In this document: positions 12,801 to 26,207 of the stretch, in pieces
Numbering within the stretch: position 1 is the stretch's first letter
How the letters are laid out: each line of letters starts with the position of its first letter
NCBI GenBank assembly: GCA_964276515.1
Contig: OZ193910.1
Coordinates: 4,712,001 to 4,776,000 of the forward strand
Length of the DNA stretch: 64,000 nucleotides
From: Gordius albopunctatus
Taxonomy: Eukaryota
Reading direction: 5' to 3'
Translations under genes and position numbers: made by a program
The notes under the pieces: model-generated
Told to the model about the DNA's origin: nothing
The model's database searches: none
What the model saw: the letters and a program-made list of their open reading frames with translations, nothing else

Positions 12801-14249
12801 ATATTCCACAAGAATTGGGGGTATTTTATAATCGCAGAGCAGAGCTAAGCTGTGAAAACAATTTATTATTTATGGATGGGCGGATTGTTATACCGCAATG
12901 CCTTCAGCAGCGAGTATTGATAAATTTGCATAAAGGCCACCCCGGAATATCGGCTATGAAATCTATCGCTAGGTTCTATTGCTGGTGGCCTCAACTGAGT
13001 TCTGAGATTGAAAATTTTGTGAATGCTTGTAAAGCATGTCAACAGAATCGCGGGGAAGCAAATGAAGTTCCATTGTTTTCATGGAATGTCCCCGAGTTTC
13101 CTTGGGAAAGAATTCACATCGATTTTGCGGGACCAATCGATGGTTACTCCTGGTTAATAGTAGTTGATGGATTTTCAAAATGGATGGATGTTGAGCTCTT
13201 ACAGTCAACAACAACTCAGGTCTCTCTTCGAACTCTTAGGAAGTGGTTTGCCCTGTACGGTGTCCCTAGACAAATTGTATCAGATAACGGACCCCAATTC
13301 ACGGGGTTAGATTTTCATAATTATTGCAAGGAGAATAATATCATTCATATAAAATCTTCCCCGTATTATCCTAAGACTAACGGGTTGGCAGAGAGAGGAA
13401 TTCAAACTTTGAAGAAAAGGTACGCGGCTACCAAAATGCAGAAGACGAGCCCTCATGAATGTTTGTCAGAGGTATTGATGACTTACCGAATAAGCACTTT
13501 AAATTCAACAGGATCATCACCATATAAGCTAATGTTTGGACGACATATGAAAACGGCCTGGGATTGGGCACGATCTCCGGTTAAGTCAAAATTGGAAAAA
13601 CAGGTTTGGTCAACCGAGGAAAGGCATAACAAAGGATTAAAGAGTCGAGAATTTCTCTCAGAACAACCGGTATGGGTAAGGAATGAAACGAGACCCGGAT
13701 GGCGTGAAGGTTCGGTAATTACTAGAACAGGGCCCTTGTCCTACTCAGTGGAAGCGGATGGGAGGATATTGCGGAAGCACGCCGACCAACTAAGGAATAG
13801 ATTCTTAGATACACGACAAGAGCCTGTACAATCTTCTTCTCCACAAGGGTCAGTTACGCCTCGGGGAGAGTTTGGGATTGAACCGTCATTTACGTCAGGA
13901 GAAGAGACGGAATTGGTACCGTTATTTACGCCAGGAGAAGAGACGGAATTAGCGGGGGAGGAGAGACAATCTAACTTAGGTCACACGTCTCGCCCAAAAC
14001 GCGACGTTCGCCCACCTTCAAGACTTATCAAAGAAATATAATTAAAACCCAAAGAAAGGGAGGACATATGTTATATATTGTAATATTATATTTTAATATT
14101 GTATTTTAATCTTATTTGATAATTTCGGTTCGTATTTTATAGATACCCTTTGTTTTGAATATCATATATAATTCCATTTCCATATGTTTTAGCGTCATTG
14201 TTTTATCGAGCTATCCAATAAATTTATGTTATAAGTTCCATTTGTAATA
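9879..14249 (+). mobile_element. Near-complete Ty3/gypsy (Mag-like) LTR retrotransposon 2
   Basis: 5' LTR 9879-10041 (lacks the first 18 nt) and 3' LTR 14069-14249 read identical over 163 bp. PBS TGGCGCTGCGA (tRNA-Ser-like) at 10043. PPT AAAGAAAGGGAGGA at 14051-14064. Confidence 0.95.
10061..14041 (+). pseudogene. gag-pol polyprotein, single reading frame interrupted by two in-frame stops (TAA 10373, TAG 12713)
   Basis: The three ORFs at 10061, 10397 and 12815 share one frame. Two CCHC knuckles, protease FDTGA, RT (WATPIV, DLKDAYLQ, LPFGLSSAP, YLDD), RNase H (ETDASDKG, TDHKPL) and integrase HHCC plus DDE (IDFAGP, SDNGPQF, NGLAER). Confidence 0.92.
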
Positions 14250-14424
14250 ATCAACATCTAAATCATCTCTGAAACTTTCATTTTCTTACCATAGAACCTT
14301 TTTAATGAATAATAGCAGTTATGACATACTCTTTGTTATAAAGATCGGTGGATTTTGTTAATTTGTTTAAAATATCACATCTATTTATTGCCCCTGTATA
14401 ATGGTAATTCAATTAATGGTATAA

Positions 14425-15485
14425 AAATAGTCAACCGTGTTTTATAGTGTTAATTAAACATTGCCTTAAATGATTATTCAAATCGACCTCTTTACTTTAC
14501 TATATAAACACCACCATCCTCTTGCACAAAGGACAAACTCTTTTCTTTTCATCTCTTTCTGATTTAAGTTTAAAAATTATATATCCTCTCAAAATCTGGT
14601 AACCCCACATTTCGGGGGAGTCGTTTTTTACGTCACGCAAACCACTCCCTTTAGTAATGGCGTCTTGGTTTTATTAGTTAAAATAATGCAACTCAGATAT
14701 TGGTCACTACTTTGTCAGACCGGTATCCAATACAAATATTGTAAAGACAAATCAATCGTGCAATATGTGTCCAACTGCTGTGAAAGAAACAGGCTGCCTA
14801 CCTATCTTATTGTTACTACGCCGATAACCTCATTGCCTTACTATACCCCCTAATAAAAATTGCCTACCGAGGGCACAAATTGTCCACTGCTCTGCGCAGG
14901 ACCCTAATCACAAAACACATCTCAACATAACCAACACCTCATATCTTTTGCAATGAGCAAAGACTGCACGTTCGACCAAACATTGACACCTACTACTACC
15001 AGCATTCTCACCACCGCTGACCGGTTTACTTGATTGCGATTCCAATATAGATACGTCTGCCCTGCATGTATCTTATTAATATATTGGATAGCACAACAAC
15101 TTCACACAACCATCACACACACACAAACATCACTCACACCTCCGCCACCTGACAAGCAACCACGGTAGGCGAACAAAAAACTGGCTAGTATTGCGAAAAT
15201 CTTTTACAACTCACTTCAATTAAATTTTTTACTTTTTGTATAAACTCCGTTTTACCCAAAGGAGTATTTGTAGAAACGTAATTGAATTAATTGTATACAA
15301 ATAGCCAAAAGTGTTTTAAAGTGTTAATTGAACATTACCTTAAATGATTATTTAAATTGACCTCCTTACTTCAATATATAAACACAACCATACTCTTACA
15401 AAGGACAAACTCTTTTCTTTTCCCCCTCTTTATAATTTTACTTTAATGAATATATCCCCTCTCAAAATCCACTACTCTTAGTAAT
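14425..15485. repeat. Diverged ~180-bp direct repeat (14425-14600 / 15298-15470) flanking ~700 bp of possibly retroelement-derived sequence
   Basis: Shared blocks gtgttaatt.aacatt.ccttaaatgattatt, tatataaacac and caaaggacaaactcttttcttttc..ctctcaaaatc. The spacer has a degenerate CPxxC...HLI-like remnant. Confidence 0.6.
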
Positions 15486-16845
15486 TTGATTTTTAATAAA
15501 GACTGCAATAATGGTTTACAAAATCAAAGGTTTATTATTGAATTGAAACTTTAAGAATTTGGCTTGTTTTAGGTGTATAATACAAATATATTTTAATCTT
15601 CGATACAATCATTTGCCTTGCATATGGATTTATAATTTAATAAGATTGTCAAATTTATAGTACGGAAGTAATAAAGTAAATCACCGTGATTGATTTGCCA
15701 TCCTACACCTTTTTAAATTCAATTCGAACGATTAATTTTGAAGTTTTAAGATATAGTCTTTTATCAAAACAAAAATTAGGTGATTGAGCCGTTCTACGGC
15801 CTAAAGATTTCTACTTCCAGTTCCCTATTTTACAAAGTATCTACTCTATTTAATTAGCTTCAATATTATAGCATTTCCTTAAAGTTTTCTAAGTGAAAGA
15901 CTTTATTTTATTAAACTACCTTAGAGTAGGCTACTTTTTGCCCTAATTTTAAACAAATCTGGCATATAGCTAAACACATTGTAGATTAGTTGATCCAAAT
16001 TACTGTGCGTGCCCACAAAGGTTGATGTCTCTTTAAAAAATTTAAAATTATGTACTAATAAAAGATCTTGTTAATCCGACGTCTAATTAATTTTTTTGAG
16101 ACCAACTAGGGCTTAGCCAGACATCTTTGGCACTCGTAACTGGTTTTTTTTATTGTTACTTGTTCATTCTAATAAGAAACTACAAGTCTGGAACGAAAAT
16201 TTGTTTCATAAAAAACAAATTATGGACCAATATTGACTTTACTTTTTTTTGACCACGGCTCGTGACTAAATTTATTTTTGCGCCTCACCTGCTTATTTAC
16301 GCTCGTTTAAATAGTCGGTTTGTAAGGTCAAACTACAATTCTTCTTACATTTTAAGCTTAAACTAAAAGTAAACCGAAAACGTAGTATATTAAAGCAACA
16401 CGTATCAGCAGGGACGTAGCCAGGCCTATAATCCTCAATTTAGGCTCGGTTTCCTTTCATCCCGGCTTAAATTTCATGGCAAATGAACTAACTCTATAAG
16501 AAGTGTAGAAATGCCTAAGGCTAAGGTTAATTACAAACAACCATGGCCCCGGGGCGTTGGGGTCCAATGACCGTAGTTTCATTATTATGATTGTGTTTAA
16601 ATAATGAACAAAATGGCAGAATTTTTTAACAATCGCCCCTCCCCAGCTATGCCGCTGCTTTTAGGTTATAGAATTTTTGATACATTTTAGTTGTTAATTT
16701 ACGCAAGTTAGACTCTTTAATCCGTAATGATTGGATCTTCCATCAGTTTATCTTTAAAATTTTTATAGTAGATTAGTTAAATTATAATAAACAAATTTGG
16801 AAAAATAGAGCAAAAGTTTACAATGATATAGGGGTAGGTTTCATG

Positions 16846-19250
16846 CTAAAAGCGTTTTTTTGAAGAAAAGTTAAACAATTTGTTCAAAATAGAAATAGGT
16901 ATAGGATTATTTTTGGTTTTCTGATATGTCTGAAGGGGTTTTAGATTAGATTTTGGATTTATATAGGAATTACCAAACTTAGATTGCTGCGACACGTAAA
17001 ATAGGGGTGTTAGGCATCTTAATCCACAAAGGCTCGGACAGCACTTGAATATATTGGAGATTCCACAATCTTTATCATTGTAGCATAAATTACCAATAGA
17101 CAAGCAATTGACCACATCATGAATCGATTGCATCATCGGGCATCGCCCCATTTTTTCATAATTTCCACTAGTCTCAATTTTATTATTGTCTTCCTTTGAA
17201 GGTATCGTAATTTTTACAAATTTATCAATGACGTTGGTTTCCGGTAAAATGCTTTGAGATTGAACTTTATCAATGGGAATTTGTGGTTCTAATGATAAAT
17301 GATTGTCATGAACTTTTGCCCCTGATATCTCAAACGCTTGAATATCTGGCAAAGCACCATATTGGGGATACTTTTTAACAACTGACACAGGGTTTGTCTT
17401 ACTTTTGATGGAATTCCACGTTGTAAAATCCCGTTTTATTAAATCTTTCTTCGGGAAAGCTAAACAAAAGGATAGAAATAATTCACTTTATATATAGGTG
17501 TTTTAGTAGTTAGATTTGTACTTAAAAAAGTAATTATTACCTGTAGAACAAATCCCCGTTGAATTTTTTGGTAGAATGTTGCAAAAACAATCAAACGGAC
17601 AAGAACAGTTTTTACCACATGTCAAATTCTGCAGATGTAGCAAACATTTGGCTATTAATTAAAGCAAAAGTATTAGATTAAACTATTATAATTTACAAAG
17701 TATAAATATTTCAGCATAAAGATATGATAAATTTATTATGATAAGATTATAGAAAAAGTTATAAAAGGGGTAACTTGTATCTTTGTAATTATTTTTATCT
17801 ATAATAATTATAATAAAAAGTAAAAACAAGGTATCAATAAAAAAAATTTCAGAAAAAATCGAAATTTAAAAATTTATAGAGTAAAAACGATTTTGGGGGC
17901 TGGTATTAGCTTTGACAAAATTTCGTATTTTGAATATACTTTTTTTGGTTGTACATTTTAATAATATATATTTTATTAAATGTCTAATATATTTTTTTAA
18001 TTATATAATATTAAGGAATTAATTCTATAAAAAGGGAGCAGGGCTAGTCGACGAGGATTCTTTCTCGCGCCATCGTAAAGACAAACGACAAATAGATTTA
18101 ATATTTGAAAAACAAAAATTAGCTTTAATAATTTTACTTATTAAGAGAAATAAACTAAGATTATACAATTTTAAGACTTTATTTAGAGTTTGTTTTATAG
18201 GCCGTATTCGTATTATTCACCAATTTATATTTGTGATATGTAAAAATTAACTATATAACATATAGATTCTATATATTTAAAAAAAATAAATTTTTTTATT
18301 AGTATTTAGCAAAATATGTAAAATTTTAAAAAATAGTGAAAACTTAAAGGCTATTCTATCCGGGCACTTGTACATTTTCTATTTTCCTTCAAAAAAATTA
18401 AGCAAAAACTATTGGAAAATTTTACTTAAAACATTTTTACTGAGTAAAAGACCTCAAAATGTATTCCTACAAAAAAGCAATGAAATTTTGGTTCGTTTTC
18501 GAAACACGATAAAAAAATTATGCCATATACTAAATATTGGTTAAAATTTTAAAGTGAAAATTAGATTTTTGTTTTAACCAGGTAAACATAGATTTAATAG
18601 TAAATTATCTTTTGTTTTCGAATAGTTTACCTCCATATTGTGGATTCTCTGTTGTAATGACATCCGAAATCAGTGATTTTTTGGATAAATTATCACTTTG
18701 CCCTTTAAAGTAACTAGATTTTGCTTTTGTATAAACTTCTGAACTATTTGGTGGCTCAATACTATTGTTTTGCAAATTCGAAGAATTTGTGCTATTTGAT
18801 TCTTCCTTATTTAAAATTAAAAGCTTTTTCATAAGGTCCAATAAACTTTTGGAAGAGGTCGAAATATGCTTTGAAGCGCTTTTATTAAACGTCTTATTCT
18901 TTTTTATGTCAAGGCCTGAAAAATCCTCTCCATCCTCTGTAATATTAGTTAGTACTAAAAATTGAGCGGCATCCATAAATTTTTCCATTGGAATTTCATA
19001 CTTCAACACCTGAGCTCCTGGCAGAATCATGTTGGATACAGGACTTTCAAGTGTGGAAACGTTAATGCGTTTGTTGCTTGTGGCACAGCATAGCTAAAAT
19101 ATAATAATATCGAGAAAAAATACACACGGAGAGTTATAAGAAAGCAAATAACATTGAAATTAGCTATTCTTAGCAGTTAAAATCTTTTATTTACTTATTT
19201 TTTTAATTTCTCTTACTCGAATATACTTTAAATGATTCATCTGCATTCAT
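16846..19250 (-). CDS. Secreted WAP (four-disulfide core) domain protein with an additional Cys-rich module
   Basis: Exons 19093-18631, 17651-17541 and 17459-16846 splice in frame (GT-AG). The WAP signature KMGRCP..C..C.NDKDC..KCCPSLCGLRCLTP lies at ~17010-17160. Small hydrophobic 5' exon(s) near 19126-19250 are probable (NFNVICFLITLR|LCCA), but the start is uncertain. Confidence 0.75.
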
Positions 19251-19599
19251 TATTGGTTTATAACACATCTAATCAATTTGTTTCCAAACGCTTAAGTTGA
19301 GACCCAGAATTTTATTCGTTTAATGTCACACGGGGCACAAGTATCCCCACCTCCAAACTTTTGATTTTTATAGTCATATATTACTTTTTTATTACAATTT
19401 TCGGCGGACATTCTGTTGTGAGTAGAATTTTGGGAAGATACTGATCCTAATTCTTTTGCTTACTATTACTTTAAATCTAAAAAATATTTAATCCCAAATC
19501 CCTTAATATTATGGCCATAAATCTTCAGTTAAAGCCTAAATTTTTACTAAAATTTATTCTTATTGATTAGGATTTTAATAATTTACTTATTGGCGCTAG

Positions 19600-20059
19600 A
19601 ATATTTCTGCCCGAACCCGGCCTGCCCCGATTTTATAATTAATCTGCCCGCCCGAGCCCGCCCGAACCCTTCCATGTGTCCGCCCGGCAATGCCCGAATC
19701 GTCAGAGCTGCCCAAACTGCCCAGCCCGAAATGGTGTGTTTTAAAATTTTTAGCACTAATATCGGTGGATTTTTTAAAAATTTTATCTTAATTTTGGATT
19801 TTTTTTAAAATGAGAACTAAAATTAACAAAATTAATGAAATCAATTAAAAAAGTGGCAAAATATACACAAAAGCAATATAATACATTACTTTAAAAACGA
19901 AATTGAGCCTGAATTGCTCGAATTGCCCAAATCTTGTTATAGTGCCCGCCCGGACCCACCCGAAAGTTAAAATTTACGACAGTTGTCTGGCCCGGCCCGG
20001 CCCGTGGGCCGGGCGGGCAGGTTCGGGCAGCGGCCCGGGCCGGGCAAATCTGGTCTCTG
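19600..20059. mobile_element. MITE with GCCCG-rich subterminal repeats (related copy at 24487-24889)
   Basis: GCCCG/CGGGC repeats in opposite orientation at the two ends, terminating ...AAATCTGGTCTCTG. A homologous copy starts gagaggtcagatttg at 24487. Confidence 0.7.
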
Positions 20060-20751
20060 ATATGAATAGTTAAGATTGAGTAAGGAGTAATTTCTAGTTT
20101 ATTTTTCACATTTAATTTTTGTTCACTTATTTTAGTTAATTATTGTGTATTTTAATTTGTATGATTTACATTTAAGGTATTAAGTGTCAATCAATATGTA
20201 TGGACAATATTTGATATTGAAAAAATTCCTACGTGTAGTAAATAAATATTATATATTTTTGCAAAAATTTAAAATTTGGCAATCCTTTACCTAAGTATGG
20301 TTGACCCTTAGGGTATGTATATAATTTTATAATATCTTTACCACATATTTATCAAATATTACAAAGTTTTAGGCTTAGAATGAGTTCTGATGGATTAGTA
20401 AATATTAATAGAGCATATTCGAGCTTCGTAGTTTCTCATCCTGTTTGATACGGTAATTATAAATTCATGGTCAATTAGTTTGAATAATTTTACAAGTTAA
20501 GCTAAGGTGGTTGGTATGAGAACAATTTGTATATTTACTATATAAAAGTATCAGCTCTAAAACATTCACAAGAGTACATGTTTAAACTCAAATCTAAAAA
20601 GTGTCAATAAGCACCACCATTAAATTCAGGATTTAATACACAATTAAGCTATCTTAAATATTATACTAAAACCGGTCCTTTCGTACTATATTTCAAATTT
20701 ATTTATAGTTTTTTAATTTGTTATTTTCATAGACAATGTTAACATTAGATA

Positions 20752-21903
20752 TCTTATATATAAAAATGAAACTGTGTGTGTGTAATGTATGTATTATGCC
20801 GCCACAAATTTTGGAGAACTACCAGACCGATTTGGCTCAAAATTTCACAGTTTATTCCCCACACTCCGGAGCATGTTTTAAGATATGTTCGAGCCAAATT
20901 GGTCCAGTAGTTTTTGAGTTAGTTTGTTATATATGTTTTGCCGTTTAATAAAACGTCAATCAAACGCAACCTAAATGAAACTATGTGTGTGCATGCGAGT
21001 AGGTAGTGTTTTAGTGTGATAAACGCAGGCATGTGCTGCGGAAAATGGAAACTTTTTACGATTTGGGAATATTAAATCAAAGCATGTGCGGGCGTACGCA
21101 GGTTTTGAATTAGGGGGGGGGGGGCAGATTTAAAAAAAAATTCTCGACTATCCAAAAATTTTCCTGAGAGCAACAAAAAAAGGGCTTAGACTACTAAATT
21201 CCTAGATTTTTCCTGAGACCCGCAGGGGGTAGCCGCCCTCCCTGTCCTCCTCTGACGAATTAGGGGGAGGGACAGCTGCCCTTTCTGCTTTTCCCTGGCT
21301 AATTGGGGGGGGGGGAGGGGCAAAACATAATTTTTAAGCGTTTTTGTATTGAATAATTATTTTTTTTAATTAGGGGGGAGGGTACGCCCATGAATCAAAT
21401 TCATTTTTTTGCTTATTTTTCACGTCAATTATTATTTTTATAGGACGGTCGTGTCTCCTCCTGCGTGGCTAAATAAATTAAAATATCTAATTTTGTCATT
21501 TTTTGCGCGTTAAATAAGGAGAAAAATGAAAATACAATTAAAAGTGCCAATAAATGTTGATATATTTCAGTTCTTCGGACATTATTAAGTTCAGAATTAA
21601 AAGTTTTATTAAGAAACAAATAATTATGATATTGTTTCTTAATTACAAAAAAAATATAAAAAATTGCTTGAAGGGCCAGGGGGCCAAAGATTTTTCCCTT
21701 GGGAGGGTGGGGGCATGGGGCCAGGTTTTCTCTCTTGAATGGGCCTGGGCCTTGGACCCTCTTTAACTATTTGTTTAAAAATTATCAAACTTTATTTTTA
21801 CTTCAATAACCGCCTTATCATCATATCATATATGCCCTAAAATTCCAACATAATTTAATACACCCGGGTAAATGGCAAAACAACGTTTGCCGGGTTCATC
21901 TAG
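20752..21903 (+). mobile_element. Non-autonomous Helitron
   Basis: 5' end A|TCTTATATATAAAAATG. The 3' hairpin GGCAAAACAACGTTTGCC is followed by CTAG|T (21900-21904). No TSD. Confidence 0.85.
21083..21392. mobile_element. hAT-type MITE (CATGGGCGTA family) nested in the Helitron
   Basis: Ends CATG..GGGCGTAC / GTACGCCCATG. 8-bp TSD AATCAAAG/AATCAAAT. Absent from the homologous Helitron fragment at ~7530. Confidence 0.8.
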
Positions 21904-22059
21904 TAGTTTATATTTTTATATTGTTAATGAGATGTCGTGTCACCATAAAAAGTTTGTGTGTTAAGGTTTTTCAAAAATATAAAGGTTTGCCATTTGGATT
22001 TTTTTAAAAACGGATTTAATATTTTTAATAAAATAGAATTTCGTATAATTTTTTTAAAA

Positions 22060-22159
22060 GTCGAGTTGAGAATTCTCGTTGAGAGATCGAGATTTACAAA
22101 ATCACTCTCGAGACGAGATTATGCTTTCGAGACCGAGACAAGACGAGAGCGAAACACTG
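22060..22159. repeat. MITE end remnant with CGAGA repeats
   Basis: Cluster of CTCGAG/CGAGAC motifs ending AACACTG. Confidence 0.45.
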
Positions 22160-24889
22160 AATATATTATAACAAGCGGGCTAATTGATTTACGGAGGCCC
22201 GCTGAAGGTCTCTAATTTCGCATACTCATGTGTAAGTCGAGTTAATAGGGAAGATTTAAGATTTGGAAACATAATTTGATATGGACTAAAAAGGGTACAA
22301 GCTCAAACAAATTTTTAAGAAAAATAAAATACACAAAGGAATTGCTGATTATCAAGTTTGAAAAATGGCTATATATATTTTTAAACCGCCTTTGGCCCCT
22401 CCCCATTGGTATAAAATTTAGGATATGTTGATATCAGTCACCCCAAACATGAGACTAAGTACAGGAATACCCGGGTTCTAACATAACAGGTATTTTATCA
22501 GATAGTTACAAATTTTAACCTGAATAGTAAGGGCTTAATTTAGCAATGATTTGCAATTACGTAATTTTAATTAGGCTTTTTAACAACTTAATATATATTT
22601 TTAATAGTAAAAGTAAGATTAAACAGAAGCATAGGTTGCGTGTTCGTTATTTTGTCTCCCAAAGAAAATAAATCAACTTAGTATGTTTTTTATCGATAGA
22701 AGTTTATTTCCAAATAATTTTGTATGTTATATGCTAAAATATATTAAATTAATAAGCTGGCATCGGCCGTATATTGAGATTGTATTAGATTTTACAATTT
22801 CCATGGTATGTATACTATTCATTATGCTACGAAATAAGTGACAAGTGGGCACCATATTTTATTTTAAAAGGCAGTCTTAACGATAATTAAAGTTGTTTTC
22901 ATAATATAAAAAAGATTGTAACCTCAATGATTATTACATAATCGTTTTATTTCTAACACATGACTTAAACCTAGTACCTACGTCGCCGATCATTTAACAT
23001 ATCTTGTCTTCCTTGCACTAAATTATTCCATAGTGACAAAATTACTTTCAGAGTTATAAGGCCAATTGTCAGTAAAAGTTGCCCAAAATCCATTCACTTA
23101 TTTTTGATTCGGGCTTATAATGTTAACACATATGAGACAATATTAAATTAGTGTCAATTATTCGTTTAATATGAACATGTCCAATTGTTGACAAGTGTTG
23201 ATAATTAAATTAAGTTTTAAAAGTATATATATGTTCTCGCTTTTAACTGTAATAAGATTATTAGATTTAATTTAATAACACTTGTAGAGGCTAATATTAA
23301 AGTTAGACGTTATAGTCTCAAAAAGATCCTTAGAGACGTTATTAGATTTTCTACGACTATAACAAAAAATTTAAATCTCTAATTATACCAAATAGTAACT
23401 AATTAGAAGTATTAGCAAGCAAAGAATACGTTTGTAAATATTAAAGATGATTTGGCATAACCTTTTCAACGTTATATTATTATAGAGTAAATCATGAAAT
23501 TAAAGTTGTTTTTAGATTAATTTATAAATGAGCAATTAATTAAATTATAGATTGTAGTTCAAGTAACAAAATGGTGAAACATTTTATACCCACAACAACG
23601 AATATAATATTTGCAGATAAAAGCTATAAAATAGAATTGGCATCCTAATTACGATGAAAATATAATTCTCTATTATATATTTAATTTTAAGAAGCCTACG
23701 TCTATTTTAAACTTTTATCTATTCATAATTGCTGCAATAATTAAAAGGTAGAGTTATTAAACAATAGTTGACCTCTGGATTGTCCTTAAGCATATAAAAT
23801 AGTATTCCTCTATAAAGCGGAATATTAAAGAATTTTTTATTCGCAAATAAAAGGATTCAATAGTTCAACAAAATGTAAGAATTTTTAAATATCCCATATA
23901 TATTTAGGGCTAAGAGAAGGAAGGAAATATATAATTTTTTTAAATATGAGTTTCTTGTGCTAGGACTCTCGTTAATTTAGGACTTGGGATATCCAATTTC
24001 TAAAATACATAAATCAACTCTACCAATCACGACCCCAAAAATCTTTGGTAAACTATTGAGGTTGGTAAGTTTTATACAGTCTCGATCAATAGGATTTATT
24101 TATTACTTGCTATTAAATTGTATTTAGCAGAGTTCAGTATCTAATCGTAGAATGAATAAATTAAAATAAAGTTTTTTAAATAATAACCTTTTACCTATCT
24201 CTCGCTAAAATTTGTTTTCGAAAAAATTCCTATAACAAGCCACACAACCATATTTTTGATAATTAATTTTAGAGATGGCTTAGAATAATTTAATATGTTG
24301 AAAATAACTTTTTTCTCAGCTCTACCCATCTCCTTCCATTAAGGAAGGTGTTTGTGTCATTTACAAGAATATATTTTAACCCTAAAAACCCCCTTTTCTC
24401 CGCTTCCCCTCCGTTGCCGATCAACTATCTTTTTGATTGCCGTTCATTCAATAATCCAAGCTCACCAAAGTGGCAGATATCTACATGAGAGGTCAGATTT
24501 GTTTAAATTTTTCTGCCCGAACCCGGTCCGGTCTGAATTTTTTTAAACTAAATTACGCGCCCGAGTTTGCCCGAACCCTATATAGTGACCGCCCAGCCAT
24601 GCTCGAATCATTAGAACTGCTCAAACTGCCCGACCTCAATTGATGATTTTCCAAATTTTTAGTAATGATTATCTTAGATTTTCCAAAAAAATTTAATTTA
24701 ATTCTAGATTTTTTGGAGAGGAAATACGATTTAAACATAGTAGACAATCAAATCGAAAACTGTCGATGTAATGCACGAAAACAAATTATAAACTATAAAA
24801 TAATATCCCTAGGCCCGAATTACCCTAATCTTGTTATTGTTCCTGCCCAGGCCCGTTCAAATATCTAAATTTATGACGGTTGCCCGTCT

Positions 24890-25030
24890 AGGGCGCCCTC
24901 CCTTCTCTTCAACACTAGGAATTAAGTGCGTGTTGTTGTTTTTGTAATAGTAGTAATGAAGTAGATAGACAACAACACAAACAACAACATGCACTTAATT
25001 CCTAGTGTTGAAGAGAAGAGAGGGCGCCCT
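24890..25030. repeat. Near-perfect 141-bp inverted repeat (hairpin)
   Basis: Arms AGGGCGCCCTCCCTTCTCTTCAACACTAGGAATTAAGTGCGTGTTGTTGTTT and its reverse complement, with 2 mismatches in 52 bp and a loop of ~30-35 nt. Confidence 0.9.
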
Positions 25031-25899
25031 CAAGTCTGGGGTAATTTGTCAATGTAAAAGAAAGGGATAATTAAATTTGTATATAATGTAAAAAGTAAAT
25101 GTGCTAGGATAAAAAAAATTGTGAATAAATTCCTCTCCATCATATCTACGAATTAAATCTATTAAACAAAATTTTTACCGATTAATTTGAAAGTTATTGA
25201 CGTTTAAAAAACGCTAAAATCGCGTTTTTGGCAACTTTGACAGCGAAAATTTAAAAAACTTGACGTATAGGGAAAAAACTAAAAACATATTTGTGTTGAC
25301 CGTAAAAAACTCTACCAGAATCTGCAAATAATTTGCCTGTTGATTTTTCTTGTTGAACCGTGTTATTAGATGTTTGGTTTTACAAAAACACAATTAATAT
25401 ATAAAAGATAAATTTATTTTTTTAGAAAAGATTCAAGGAAGAATTATTTGAATTTATTTGGAAAAAAGGAAAATTATTTTTTTTAAAAAAAGGTAAGCAA
25501 TACAAAACTTAAATATATTTTATGAAAACGATTATATTAGTTTTAACTATTTTTATATTAGTATTATATATCTATTTTCTTTTCGAGAAATTTAAATATT
25601 TTTCTGGAATTAATTATTCATTATCAAAAAAATGTTTTTACGGACATCTTAGTGTTTTTCCTCATAATTTATTTCAAAGTAAGGAAAGTTTAAAATCTAT
25701 ATGTGTTGCCGACGAATTGTTATATTCATATAAGTCAGGTCATTTGATGAAAGATTTTAAAAGTGATAGAAATCGTGTAAAATAGTTTAACTGTGGATGA
25801 GATCATTATAATGATATTAATCAAGGTTCATTAAGGGATAAATAGAGAGGTAGTGATGAACGTTGTTTAAGAATTAATTAATGATATGAGGCGGAACCA

Positions 25900-26207
25900 G
25901 GTCTTTATTATTAAGTGTTTGTACGGATGTTCGGGTAATTTTATTAAAAGATTTGAAAATACGCCTAGAGGTATTATTGATTGACTAGAAGGTAGTATTC
26001 ATTCAAATAGATTAACAAAAATATATAATTTTCAGTAATAATAGTTTCTCTAGAATTGTATATCGAAGACGGTTGTTTAAAAAGGGTCGGTATAGTGGTT
26101 ATACCCGATAAACTTAGACTGGTAACTTTAGAAATGTTGCAGGAAATTTTGGAATGGTTAAAATGAAAGCTTTTGCATAGCAAATATGTATGGTGGCCTA
26201 GGATTAG
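25900..26207 (+). pseudogene. Degraded gypsy pol fragment (integrase Zn-binding region)
   Basis: Reads ELYIEDGCL..IVVIPDKLR..EML..GMVKMKA..YVWWPRI, homologous to 12840-12990. Confidence 0.65.

Noticed and set aside
13883..13954. 36-bp tandem duplication in the integrase tail
   Set aside because: In-frame duplication in an unstructured C-terminal region, which is common and uninformative.
15140..15180. Hammerhead or HDV-like ribozyme (CTGACAAG...GGCGAAC)
   Set aside because: The core does not match CUGANGA/GAAA, and the required stems could not be built by eye.
19563..20109. Pro/Ala-rich ORFs
   Set aside because: They arise from GCCCG MITE repeats.
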